From: Candidatus Gottesmanbacteria bacterium
Lineage (GTDB): Bacteria; Patescibacteriota; Microgenomatia; UBA10105; UBA927
Length of the DNA: 64,000 bases
Assembly (NCBI GenBank): GCA_963714095.1
Contig: OY970230.1
Span: 660,084 to 724,083 of the forward strand
Direction: 5' to 3'
Below are positions 50,464 through 60,033 of the stretch, piece after piece. The position numbers and the translations under genes are program-made. Positions within the stretch are counted from its first letter, which is position 1. The number at the start of each line of letters is the position of its first letter. The notes beneath the pieces are model-generated. The model had not been told where the DNA came from. It searched no databases and saw only the letters and a list, made by a program, of their open reading frames with translations.

Positions 50464-52488
50464 TCAACGACCGTCTGTAAACACAGGCAAACTTTTGCCT
50501 TGAACAAAACCGGGGATCGCAACATGTAACGCTTTCATAATTGTCGGGTATTGATTTACCAGAGAAAACGGTGTGTTTCCCAGAAAATTATTCTTTTTTA
50601 TCCCGGGACCCGCGATAATAAACGGAGTCCACATCCCCGGGTCATTTTTGGCAATAATTGCCTGTTTATATCCCGTCACATCAGGAATAGTGAATAGCTT
50701 CAAGTCTGATGACATCTCCTCGTTCCACCCAAAGCCCGGTGCATTGGCTATAATAAGGTCTCCCGCTCGGTCTGGATCCATCTGAAGGAATTCTTTGGCG
50801 TCTTCCCATTTGACGATATCGACAACCGGCTTCGATCCGTCAGTATACGTTAAATCGGTTAATGTCTTAATCACGTCATTCCGTAATTGTTCATAGGCTG
50901 GACCTGATGCACGTTGATAGTTTCCGCCCAATCCGTTAGGATTGATATACACGTGTGCCATCTTCAAATAAATAACCTGTGAATTCTTCCAGTCGATGAT
51001 AGGCTCACCGGTTTTTGGATTTATCGTAAACTTCAGCCACCCCTTTTGGGCAAACAGATTATTAAGATTTACGTATATATTTAACGGTACATTTCCGTGA
51101 TCGGAACTTAATACAATATATGTATTAGGACCGGTATTTTTTATCACTTCACCGATTAAATTATCAAGCCGTTTATACATTCCCTGCACTTCCTGCCAGA
51201 GCTGCTCACGATCTGCGGCAGACACATCATTATACCGGGTGCTTTTTGGATCCACGTACCCCATCCACCAGCGGCTGGTAAGCATTTGATTCGGTGTATA
51301 AATATCATGAATGACGACGTTGGGAGAAAAGTTTTTGATGACCTGAGACACTGCCTTTGTATGCCAGTCGAACGACATTGCTGCTTCGTCCGAAAAAATC
51401 TTTTTATCTTCAGGATAATAGATGAGCTGGGCCGGGTAATTATCGGGGAAATCCACCATGGGTCCGACTGTTTGTTCAAGGATATCCGCTGCATCGGCGG
51501 GCTGGGTAATGTATCGATTAAGCTGATCAAAATACAGCGTTACACGGAAAAAGCCATCATTATCAACTTTAATAACAGCAGGTTTAACTTTTGTTGCAAC
51601 ATCAATTGTCTGATTACCGGAAGTCCATTTAAGGGTTATGGGAGCCCAATTGCCCCATTGGCCGGTGGTTAAATCGGCAAAAAACGTCTCTTTATCAAGA
51701 GAAAACCCGACACGGTCATAATTGACTGAATGGTCATCCGTCGAATCATAAATATACAGGTAAACTGTTGTTCCCCACGCAGCAAGCGTTACCTCTTTGG
51801 GTGGCGAATACGAGGTCGGCGGTTTTGTCCAGCCTGAAGGAGTAGTACCATCATAAAATTGGGTGAGTTCAGGCCCGAAGTAAAAAAATCTGGAGGCTCT
51901 GCCCAGTCGAATTCGCTGTGCGAGATTTCCTTTTGTTTCGTACGTAAGCGCGGCAAAATCCGCTCCCCATCCGCCCCAGCGACCATGGATAACGACACCT
52001 TTTTGAATTTCAGGTGGTGTGGAGCCTGGCACAGATACAATTGCTACTTTCATCCCCGCCTGTTCAAGAGTTGTCCATATCGCCGGCACTTTTCGCGCAG
52101 TCGATCTGAATCCGGGCACCGCAACACTATCGAGGGGTTTCCCAATTGCCCTCATTGGTCCGTCGTCAATTCCGTTTACTTCAGGGTAACTGCCCGTAAG
52201 GAGAGCTGCAAAATTAGTCGGTGTATGGCTGGGAAAGTTCGGATAAGAGTAGCCATAGGATCCGTTGTCCATTAATTTTTTGATATTCGGCAATTTTCCT
52301 TCCTCTGCCCATTTATACACAGTAAAAAGACTTGGTTCTGCTCTCATTCCATCGGGGATAAACCAATAGAGTTTTACCGGACTCGGGGGTGAGGGCTTTG
52401 GTCGAAGAATAAAAAATCCTGCCAGTCCGATAAGGATAAAAAGTGCAACAATAAGCAAAAATATGTTAAATGATTGCTTTTTTCTCAT
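50464..52488 (-). CDS. Type I phosphodiesterase/nucleotide pyrophosphatase family protein
   Basis: PDGMR, PSHTPTNFAALLTG, SSDHG and FIIAGPGIK; N-terminal TM helix. Confidence 0.82.
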   Translation of the reverse strand: MRKKQSFNIFLLIVALFILIGLAGFFILRPKPSPPSPVKLYWFIPDGMRAEPSLFTVYKWAEEGKLPNIKKLMDNGSYGYSYPNFPSHTPTNFAALLTGSYPEVNGIDDGPMRAIGKPLDSVAVPGFRSTARKVPAIWTTLEQAGMKVAIVSVPGSTPPEIQKGVVIHGRWGGWGADFAALTYETKGNLAQRIRLGRASRFFYFGPELTQFYDGTTPSGWTKPPTSYSPPKEVTLAAWGTTVYLYIYDSTDDHSVNYDRVGFSLDKETFFADLTTGQWGNWAPITLKWTSGNQTIDVATKVKPAVIKVDNDGFFRVTLYFDQLNRYITQPADAADILEQTVGPMVDFPDNYPAQLIYYPEDKKIFSDEAAMSFDWHTKAVSQVIKNFSPNVVIHDIYTPNQMLTSRWWMGYVDPKSTRYNDVSAADREQLWQEVQGMYKRLDNLIGEVIKNTGPNTYIVLSSDHGNVPLNIYVNLNNLFAQKGWLKFTINPKTGEPIIDWKNSQVIYLKMAHVYINPNGLGGNYQRASGPAYEQLRNDVIKTLTDLTYTDGSKPVVDIVKWEDAKEFLQMDPDRAGDLIIANAPGFGWNEEMSSDLKLFTIPDVTGYKQAIIAKNDPGMWTPFIIAGPGIKKNNFLGNTPFSLVNQYPTIMKALHVAIPGFVQGKSLPVFTDGR

Positions 52489-52575
52489 TTAATTCAGCCT
52501 TATTAAAGTTCATATCATGTTCACCCAAAAATATCAAGAAGATAAAGTGATAGACAGGATGAGAGAATGTAGACT

Positions 52576-55497
52576 TTAAGCTTTTGGTTTTTCCCAAATA
52601 ATGTCCATGTCCTGAATTTGATAATTTGGGTGAAATGAGAATTGTTGCGCAGCCTTGAACTTAAAAGTTTTGTGAACCTGTGCCACTTTTTTATCTATAG
52701 CTTTCTCAAATTCTCCTCCGGTTCTATTTGTTCTGATTGTATGATTTTGAGGAACAGTAATTATATCAAAGTCATTGTCTAAGGCAAATGTCTCCAGAGA
52801 ACCAGTTATACCGTTAAATAGCGCCTCCTCATCAACAGAATAGAGATAGGTACTTGATGGGTTAGAGGAGACTGTGAGAATTTTCATTCCCTGTTCATTA
52901 AAATGATGAAGGAGAACTAATCCCTGACATTGTAAGGTATCTGGCTCCTGAAATACCATTTGCAGGTAGTTCGGCATACTCCACATATTTTGGTTCGGAT
53001 ATTTGTCTGGGTTGTCTCCACAAACACAAACCCCACCCACCATCCTTGCATGAGCACTTTCTTTACTCTTCGTCACATATCCGTACAGAACCTCTCGTTG
53101 CTTGCCGGATAAGGACTCAAATTTAGCCAGCTCCCTATCTATTTTTGTTCGTTCATTTTCAAATAAATCGATGAACCGCTGCACGGTATAGGAGGCAAAT
53201 TGTTCGTCATCATATTTTCCTTCTCGGATGCTTGCCTCCGTATCTAATACTTGTTGAAGGTTGATTTCTCCGAGGTGCGCTTGTTTCGGATCAACTTCTT
53301 GTCCGGTAATTGTCCTGAGTGCTTCAAATGTTCTCTCTCTTTGGGACCGGAGTTGCCCGTAGAATGCTTTCGTCTCAGGTTTTGCAGATGTAGATACTTT
53401 TTCTGTTAATCCTCCGGTAAAGGTTTCGTAGCGTCGTATGAGGGTTTTTACTTCCTCCGCAGAATAGTCTCTCCCTCTTCTTTTTTCCAATATTCTTCCG
53501 GCCTGTTTGACAAAACCCTCAGAAGCCCCCAGTTTGTCTATTTGGAGCCTATTTATCGTATCTTTTCGCTGAGCGGTTGTCGTTTCCTGTGCCAGCTTAG
53601 TAAAATATTTTGGCATGGCGGCCGCGATTGCCGGATTGTTCCATGCTGCCTGAACGAGCCGGCGGTTTACCTCCTTAATGCGATCCGAATAAAATGTTCC
53701 TACCTCGCAAAATAATGCATAGTCTTGATTGTTCGCACGTGCGACTCTATCACTCGTACCGGCAATGTAGTCACCAATATCCTCAAATGTGGTGAATTCG
53801 TAATGAATCACTAAATTTTTAACGGCTTTTGGATCAATTGATCTGGTTCCGTAGAGTGAGTCTGTTAGAATGAGAAACATTTTTTCGTCAAGTGTAGTGG
53901 CGTCCTTTATATCGATGTCCGGTAATCCGCCTTTTTCCACGATTTCCTGCAGAGTTTTATCGACACGTTCCTGCAACGCTTCGTCTATTTTCGCTTTATC
54001 ATGTCCTAAAGCGTTCATTTGTTCGGCCACGTCAAGAATTGGTTTTTGTACATCGGCTTTTACGACCGCGTCTAATGTTTCGCCTTCCTTCACCCGTATT
54101 TCACTCTGGGACAGGAGATCCATTTCATATCGTGGTTTAATCTTAAACTGTGCCAGATCGCTGCTTCTATCAGGGCAGCTTTCATTACTTTGAAAACTCG
54201 TCCATTGCCCGCTGTTATTGGAATACACGTGGTGTAATAGGTCTTTGTAGTATGGTTTTGCCCTTTCTTCGTCGGTAATGGCGCCGGAACCGGTCATCCT
54301 TTCGGCTAAAGCCTGGAGCTGAGCGATATACACTTTTTCGTGTCCGGCCGCTTTGGCTTCTTTATATCCACTCAATGTTGTTGGGGATATAATTCTAAAC
54401 TGTCGGGCAAATTCAGGCACGAGTTCTTTATCATGTGTTGACAATACGCCGGCCGAAAGACATTCCTGGTAGCCCCGAATAAGCTGATCTGATTTTTTTC
54501 CGAATTCCCCGACGAGGCCGTTCAGAAATTCGAGATCTGATGTGTCTTTTATCAACGAGTTTCCATTCGTCAATACAAACGATCTTGTCGCACGCATCTT
54601 GTCATCCATTAACGTTGGTGCCCGTTGGGGGAAAGCCAGAGCTAATGTACGGTTAATTTGGTCATTAGCTACATATTGGCTAACCTCCCTCATTTTTGGT
54701 TCATCATGGCCATATGACTTCACCATATTTCTGAAAAATTCACAATCCTGATCCGTGGGAAGGTAAACTTTGGGAAACTCTATGGGCAAAGACGATAAAT
54801 CACCGGATAAAATATCACCAGCCTTAACCGGAAGCTCCAAAGATCTCTCTTGAGATAATAATCCTTTACCAACTAACAGAACTATATTATCTCGCGCTTT
54901 TTCCTGGCCTTCGTACGCGGAAGCCATGTCTCTGAAGAAGAAAACAGTTTGTTCTCCTTCATACTGCCTACTAAATTCTCCCAGAAAGTTATCACTTTTT
55001 AACAGGGCAGGACACGTAGTATAGGCATTTAAAAACACCGGGAGATTATCAATATTTTTAGAAGGGTCTTTTAATCTATCTATAACAGGGCCTCTGGTTA
55101 AATATGTTAACGCGGTATAGTCGGTCCTGTTTTCCAAGACTAATTTCGATGCCGCATCAAATCTGCCAACAGCAGCCAGCCGCTGTTTGTTTACCGGGCT
55201 TCCTTCAGGCTGTAATAAAGAAAAGAGATTTTCCCGTAGACCTTCTCTAAAAGAATAGTCATTCATATCTGGGCCGGACCAATCATCTTCTTTGTGCCGG
55301 CGCCACGATTCCTCTGACATGTCTTTCAGGAGTTTGCTTGCCTGTTTGATATTTGCTGACTCCTGAGGATCTAAAATCTGACGTTTTGCCAAAATATCGA
55401 CAATTGCTTCGTTTCTGAGGGATTGGACTGCTAAATCCGTTAGTCTTGTATCGAGAGTTTTATCTCCAAAAAGGGCCAGAGCAAAATCTCCTGACAC
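52576..55497 (-). CDS. C-terminal part of a large hypothetical protein (probably frameshifted)
   Basis: 973-aa ORF beginning at a G6 tract and overlapping the upstream ORF. Confidence 0.65.
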   Translation of the reverse strand: MSGDFALALFGDKTLDTRLTDLAVQSLRNEAIVDILAKRQILDPQESANIKQASKLLKDMSEESWRRHKEDDWSGPDMNDYSFREGLRENLFSLLQPEGSPVNKQRLAAVGRFDAASKLVLENRTDYTALTYLTRGPVIDRLKDPSKNIDNLPVFLNAYTTCPALLKSDNFLGEFSRQYEGEQTVFFFRDMASAYEGQEKARDNIVLLVGKGLLSQERSLELPVKAGDILSGDLSSLPIEFPKVYLPTDQDCEFFRNMVKSYGHDEPKMREVSQYVANDQINRTLALAFPQRAPTLMDDKMRATRSFVLTNGNSLIKDTSDLEFLNGLVGEFGKKSDQLIRGYQECLSAGVLSTHDKELVPEFARQFRIISPTTLSGYKEAKAAGHEKVYIAQLQALAERMTGSGAITDEERAKPYYKDLLHHVYSNNSGQWTSFQSNESCPDRSSDLAQFKIKPRYEMDLLSQSEIRVKEGETLDAVVKADVQKPILDVAEQMNALGHDKAKIDEALQERVDKTLQEIVEKGGLPDIDIKDATTLDEKMFLILTDSLYGTRSIDPKAVKNLVIHYEFTTFEDIGDYIAGTSDRVARANNQDYALFCEVGTFYSDRIKEVNRRLVQAAWNNPAIAAAMPKYFTKLAQETTTAQRKDTINRLQIDKLGASEGFVKQAGRILEKRRGRDYSAEEVKTLIRRYETFTGGLTEKVSTSAKPETKAFYGQLRSQRERTFEALRTITGQEVDPKQAHLGEINLQQVLDTEASIREGKYDDEQFASYTVQRFIDLFENERTKIDRELAKFESLSGKQREVLYGYVTKSKESAHARMVGGVCVCGDNPDKYPNQNMWSMPNYLQMVFQEPDTLQCQGLVLLHHFNEQGMKILTVSSNPSSTYLYSVDEEALFNGITGSLETFALDNDFDIITVPQNHTIRTNRTGGEFEKAIDKKVAQVHKTFKFKAAQQFSFHPNYQIQDMDIIWEKPKA

Positions 55498-57047
55498 CCC
55501 CCTATATCAGGATGATTCCAATGTTCTCCGAAATCCCAGGATTCCAGCACTGCCCGCGCAGGTTTGAGAGACGGATACACTTTTTCAGCCTCATCCAGAC
55601 ACTGTTTCCACTCGGAACGCCTACTGAGGCTGCTTAACGCCCAATTTGCGTGAACCGTCCGGTATTCTTGTCTATCCGCAGCGGCGAGTATCACCAAATT
55701 CCTTATGGAGTCCGGTGTCGGGTAGTAAACCAGCGTATCAATGTCGCCACCCTGAGTATCAGACAGGGATTTATCCAGAGCTGTTGTATAGTATTTTTGA
55801 TCCGCCTGTCGTATGACATCACCGAAGATTTCATTGGCCGCATTTGACGATTTTACTGCCCGCCAGAAATCCATATTCGGAATATAGTCGTCACCGTTAT
55901 TAATGGCTGAAAGAACCTGGCGTCCGAACAAATTTTCCTCTCCATTCAAACCACGTGATGGATTTACATTATTATCAAAAATATCGTCAAATTTATTTCT
56001 TGATTCCCAGTTTTGTAAATGCGGAGAAACAGCGGTTTTTATAGGGACGATATCCTCTGCTGCCATTTGAGCCACGAACGCCGAAATCATAGTCACATCA
56101 TTCCCATTAAGTAAGGGGTCACACGCGTACTGAAGATTGTAAAATCCATTCTCGTAGTTAAAGAAGCGATCAAGTTCGTTTCTATACTGCTGTTTTTGTG
56201 CTTCAGGATCCTTTCGGTGTTCGATGCAGGTTCGAAGAGCTGAAAAGAATTCATCCTTTCTGCCAGCTGGCAACCTCCTTTCATCGGCTATCTTGTCCGC
56301 TTGAGGTGCGAGTACTTGCTGAATATAATTTTCCCGTATTTCCGAGGTTAGTGTCCCGTCTGTGAGGATTTCCTGTAATAACTGCTCGTATTCTGTTCGA
56401 ATTGCTTTAATTTCCTGCCCTATCTCAGTAAGCATTGTCTCTTCTTGTTTCAGGCGAATCGGCTTTTCCTGCTCTGCAAGTTGATCCATAACTTGCCGTT
56501 TCGCCTGTGTTTGGGCGTCAAGTTGCTCAAGTTGTTTTTGATTAGCACTTTTTTTCCCTGCCAAGATTCGTTTTTCAATCACTGCCGGTATTTTTCCAAG
56601 GCCCTTTGCCCGCTCGAGCTCTCTTGCTCGTTCCTCAATCGTCCATTCTGTTTGACTTTGAGACGAGCGTTGTCTTTCTAATAAATCCGTTTCAGCCCTT
56701 GTTTGAGTTCTCACTTGGGCGGAAGTCCGTAAAATTTGTTTGCTCCGAGCAAGAAATTCTGTCGGCGGAATAGATTCTCCTTTGGCAAGAGCTTCGAGCT
56801 GGGTCCGCGCATCTTCAGGGGTGACTGCGGCTTGAAGTTCTTGATCCTCAGTCTCCACACTAACCATTTCAATTAATTGAGTTGCTTTCTCAACGTGGGC
56901 ATGTGCGCTTGCTTTTGTCTCGTCGAGTTTTAAGGCTAGTCCGCTCTTTTGCACTGCCTGATGTTCCGGTTGTGGCTTGACTACAGGTTTTGCTAATTGT
57001 TGACCCTCACTGAGAGGTGGGGGAATATCGGGTATATTTCCTTCCAT
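55440..57047 (-). CDS. N-terminal coiled-coil part of a large hypothetical protein
   Basis: Likely start MEGNIPD; Q/E/K-rich; terminates shortly after the G6 tract. Confidence 0.65.
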   Translation of the reverse strand: MEGNIPDIPPPLSEGQQLAKPVVKPQPEHQAVQKSGLALKLDETKASAHAHVEKATQLIEMVSVETEDQELQAAVTPEDARTQLEALAKGESIPPTEFLARSKQILRTSAQVRTQTRAETDLLERQRSSQSQTEWTIEERARELERAKGLGKIPAVIEKRILAGKKSANQKQLEQLDAQTQAKRQVMDQLAEQEKPIRLKQEETMLTEIGQEIKAIRTEYEQLLQEILTDGTLTSEIRENYIQQVLAPQADKIADERRLPAGRKDEFFSALRTCIEHRKDPEAQKQQYRNELDRFFNYENGFYNLQYACDPLLNGNDVTMISAFVAQMAAEDIVPIKTAVSPHLQNWESRNKFDDIFDNNVNPSRGLNGEENLFGRQVLSAINNGDDYIPNMDFWRAVKSSNAANEIFGDVIRQADQKYYTTALDKSLSDTQGGDIDTLVYYPTPDSIRNLVILAAADRQEYRTVHANWALSSLSRRSEWKQCLDEAEKVYPSLKPARAVLESWDFGEHWNHPDIGGCQEILLWPFLEIKLSIQD

Positions 57048-57205
57048 ATCGATGTATGCTCCGTATACGTAGTTTACGTAATTTTCATGAGAATTGCATG
57101 GAGTTAAATTTAGGTGAAATTCAACTGTGGCTATCTGATAAGAGTTTCTGTTCAGATAGTAGGTTTTGGGTCGTACCAACGCTTTATTTATGATAAAATG
57201 CGTTT

Positions 57206-57478
57206 ATGCCAGTGATTAGTCCCACAGAATACGGCATAAAACCTCGACCGGACCATAAACCCGGGTATATTCTGGTGACGCCTACCGAACAACAATTTTT
57301 TGAGGTTGATGGTACGGACGTGCGATTGGACAGGATAAGAGTTTTTGGGCCTAACGGGTTTGAAAGGTCATATTTAAGAGACAAAATAGGCCAGAGGTTT
57401 ACTGATAATCTATCAGGAACGGAGGATGACTTTGCTTATTTGGTTACACCGGAGAAAAAGAGAGAGCGCAGGTTCTAA
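57206..57478 (+). CDS. Small hypothetical protein
   Basis: TGaTAAAAT 6 nt before ATG; the stop codon lies in att-like copy 3. Confidence 0.55.
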   Translation: MPVISPTEYGIKPRPDHKPGYILVTPTEQQFFEVDGTDVRLDRIRVFGPNGFERSYLRDKIGQRFTDNLSGTEDDFAYLVTPEKKRERRF

Positions 57479-57499
57479 ATTCTTTGGAGGCACCGTAAC
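57470..57499 (+). repeat. att-like repeat copy 3 (degenerate; island end)
   Basis: aggttctaaattctttggaggcaccgtaac. Confidence 0.65.
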
Positions 57500-57506
57500 T
57501 AAATCT

Positions 57507-57536
57507 AAAAAAGGCAGCCATGTGGCCGCCTTTTTT
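57507..57536. terminator. Bidirectional intrinsic terminator
   Basis: aaaaaaggcagcca-tg-tggccgcctttttt. Confidence 0.7.
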
Positions 57537-57558
57537 GTTTGTTTATAAACAAATACGC

Positions 57559-57924
57559 TTACCAATTCCGTCCGCCGCGGTCATCGCCTCCACCACCTCG
57601 ATATCCACCTCCACCTCCGCCGCCACCTCGATATCCACCTCCACCTCCGCCGCCAAATCCGCGATTCTCGCGGGGCGCCATCGGTTTGGCTTCGTTGACC
57701 ACGATTGCGCGGCCATCGAGTGTTTTTCCGTTTAAGTCGGCGATTGCTTTCTTTGCTTCATCATCCGTACTCATTTCCACAAATCCGAATCCTCTGGATT
57801 TTCCGGAAAACTTATCCGTAATGATTTTCGCTGATGTTACCGTACCGGCTGTTGCAAAAAATGTCTTGAGTGAGTCATCTGTCGTGTCCCATGAAAGTCC
57901 TCCAACAAATAATTTAAGTGCCAT
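57559..57924 (-). CDS. RRM-domain RNA-binding protein with a Gly-rich tail
   Basis: RNP2 LFVGGL and RNP1 RGFGFVEM; SD AAGGAGGTGA; 30-bp duplication at 57593-57652. Confidence 0.95.
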   Translation of the reverse strand: MALKLFVGGLSWDTTDDSLKTFFATAGTVTSAKIITDKFSGKSRGFGFVEMSTDDEAKKAIADLNGKTLDGRAIVVNEAKPMAPRENRGFGGGGGGGYRGGGGGGGGYRGGGGDDRGGRNW

Positions 57925-58250
57925 AAATAGTATTCACCTCCTTTAGGTTTCCTTACTATTACCTGACTATTCCACTTGTGGAGGAATAAGGTCACGAACA
58001 GAAAGGGTTACTTCGCGTATTGTATCACGATAATAGGGTATATGATATCCTTGGAAATATGTTGTTGCCTGCAAAAGGCTAAAAACTTGAAATACCTTCT
58101 TGAGCTGGTAGGATGCGACTACTGTTTAAAATATAGGATAATTAGAATTGTAAGATATCATACAATTCATTTTCAGAAAGAGGGTAGATTTTTGACTAAA
58201 ATGGCAACCGATATGAAACTATAAGTTTCACTTTCAACGAAGTAATAAGT

Positions 58251-58278
58251 TTGACGCACTACGAAAACGTGGTATAAT
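58251..58278 (+). promoter_or_regulatory. Sigma70 promoter of the trp leader
   Basis: TTGACG at 58251 and extended TGgTATAAT at 58270-58278. Confidence 0.7.
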
Positions 58279-58294
58279 GACATTAAGTTAATAA

Positions 58295-58532
58295 AAGCGT
58301 TGATCCGGAGGGTTGGAACCGGGTAAGCTGACTCTTAAATCAAGTACGGAGCCGAAACCGTAAAAAGACAGGAACGCATGTCGTCCGCCAATTGGCGAGT
58401 GGAGTGCGTCAAGAATAAGGTTTTTCTTTGACGTCCCCGCGAGGGGATTTTTTAGAGGAAAACAGCGTACGGTGGTATAGCCGTAAAGGCCCGTACAAGT
58501 GTCCATTTTTTGGATGCTTGTACGGGTTTTTT
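58295..58532 (+). promoter_or_regulatory. Candidate Trp T-box riboswitch (transcriptional)
   Basis: Short Stem I ccgg-agggtTGGaa-ccgg; antiterminator gtacgg-TGGTATA-gcc..ggc-ccgtac; overlapping terminator. Confidence 0.75.
58490..58532 (+). terminator. Attenuator terminator of the T-box
   Basis: cccgtacaagtgtcca/tggatgcttgtacggg followed by T6. Confidence 0.85.
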
Positions 58533-58540
58533 GTTGATTT

Positions 58541-58612
58541 AGGCGGATAGCTCAATGGTAGAGCACTTGTCTCCAAAACAAGTGATTGTAGGTTCAAGTC
58601 CTACTCCGCCTG
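58541..58612 (+). tRNA. tRNA-Trp (CCA)
   Basis: aggcgga/tccgcct, cttgt-ctCCAaa-acaag, gtagg-ttcaagt-cctac; G73. Confidence 0.96.
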
Positions 58613-58715
58613 CCTATGGAATATACATTTTGGAAAAGCAGGGGGCGGGAATACTGGCGAAACGATGCGCCAGGGTATTACGTGCTCTATTATTAAAATT
58701 TTTTAAGGAGAAACT

Positions 58716-60026
58716 ATGAAAAAAATGAATATATTGGAAGGACGGGAGCGACCTATGACATATTTTAATCTCCCGTATTATTTGAAGAAATATCTTAGGG
58801 AATTGCCGCCACCACCGTTGGATCCGGCGACGAAGCAGCCGATTGGGCTGGAGGCGCTCGCGCGGTTGTTTCCGATGGAACTTATACGCCAGGAGGTTTC
58901 ACTGGAAAAAGAGATTCCCATACCCGATGAGGTTCGGGAGTTGTATGCGATGTACCGGCCGACGCCGCTCTTGCGGGCGAAGCGGTTGGAAAAAACGTTG
59001 GGGACGCCGGCGCATATTTATTTTAAATACGAAGGCGTCTCGCCGGTCGGAAGCCATAAGTTCAATACCGCCCTTGCCCAGGCGTATTACAACAAAAAAG
59101 AAGGGATTACGGGTCTCACGACCGAAACAGGTGCCGGCCAGTGGGGGTCGGCGCTCGCGCTTGCATGCAATTTTTTTGACATGAAGTGCCGGGTGTTTAT
59201 GGTGAGGACGTCATTTGATCATAAGCCGTATAGAAAGACGGTCATGAATCTGTATGGTGCGACGGTTGTTTCCAGCCCGTCAAACGAAACAGCATCGGGA
59301 CGTGCGTTTAGAAAAAAGTATCCTGATACGACCGGAAGCTTGGGCATGGCGATTTCCGAGGCGATTGAGGTGGCAGCAACGACGCCAAATACGCACTACG
59401 CACTTGGTAGCGTTCTCAATCACGTGATGCTGCACCAGACCATTATCGGTCAGGAAGCACAAAAGCAAATGGAGAAGGAGGGGGAGTATCCGGATATTGT
59501 CATCGGGTGCTGCGGGGGAGGGAGTAACCTTGCTGGAATCAGTTTTCCGTTTGTCGCAGATAAACTCGCCGGCAAACGCCGGCGCCTGCGGATTGTTGCG
59601 GTTGAACCGACTGCGTGTCCGTCACTCACCAAGGGTGAGTACCGGTACGACTCGGGAGATACTGCAGGGCTCACGCCGCTTATGAAAATGTATACGGTAG
59701 GAAGCGATTATGTGCCCTCGCCGATCCATGCAGGGGGGTTGCGGTACCACGGGGACGCACCGCTCGTGTGCTTTTTGTACCACAAAAAGCTTATCGAAGC
59801 GGTAGCGTATGAGCAAAAAGAGGTCTTTGAGGCGGCACAGCTTTTTGCTCGAACAGAGGGGATTATTCCTGCTCCCGAGTCCGCCCATGCAATAAAACAC
59901 GTGATTGTTGAGGCCATCCGTGCTAAAAAAGAAGGAAAAAAGAAAACGATTCTTTTTAACCTTTCCGGGCACGGGCTGTTGGACCTCGGTGCATACGAAG
60001 AGTTTTTAGAGGGAAGAATAAAGTAA
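58716..60026 (+). CDS. trpB2: TrpB2-type tryptophan synthase beta (stand-alone)
   Basis: [55 protein letters not shown] and LSGHG. Confidence 0.92.
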   Translation: MKKMNILEGRERPMTYFNLPYYLKKYLRELPPPPLDPATKQPIGLEALARLFPMELIRQEVSLEKEIPIPDEVRELYAMYRPTPLLRAKRLEKTLGTPAHIYFKYEGVSPVGSHKFNTALAQAYYNKKEGITGLTTETGAGQWGSALALACNFFDMKCRVFMVRTSFDHKPYRKTVMNLYGATVVSSPSNETASGRAFRKKYPDTTGSLGMAISEAIEVAATTPNTHYALGSVLNHVMLHQTIIGQEAQKQMEKEGEYPDIVIGCCGGGSNLAGISFPFVADKLAGKRRRLRIVAVEPTACPSLTKGEYRYDSGDTAGLTPLMKMYTVGSDYVPSPIHAGGLRYHGDAPLVCFLYHKKLIEAVAYEQKEVFEAAQLFARTEGIIPAPESAHAIKHVIVEAIRAKKEGKKKTILFNLSGHGLLDLGAYEEFLEGRIK

Positions 60027-60033
60027 GGAATTT

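Larger units (their letters stand above)
38932..57499. mobile_element. tRNA-Met-anchored genomic island: integrative element plus tandem cargo modules
   Basis: Serine recombinase ending inside the tRNA; tRNA-3'-like repeats at 47551, 48740 and 57470; phage/plasmid-like core genes. Confidence 0.75.

Noticed and set aside
57131-57180. Inverted repeat ctatctga/tcagatag plus aggttttggg as a fourth att site
   Set aside because: Similarity is limited to about 5-8 nt, with no ccccgcaac half.
47551-57499. ~29-bp repeats as a CRISPR array
   Set aside because: The spacing is kilobases, there are no cas genes, and the repeats match a tRNA end.
57539-57946. Poly-proline ORF on the plus strand
   Set aside because: It is the antisense shadow of the Gly-rich RRM protein.
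57976-58224. 82-aa ORF between the RRM gene and the trp leader
   Set aside because: TTG start, no motifs, and it lies in an AT-rich divergent promoter region.
58288-58597. Minus-strand ORFs of 72 and 62 aa
   Set aside because: They are shadows of the T-box leader and tRNA-Trp.
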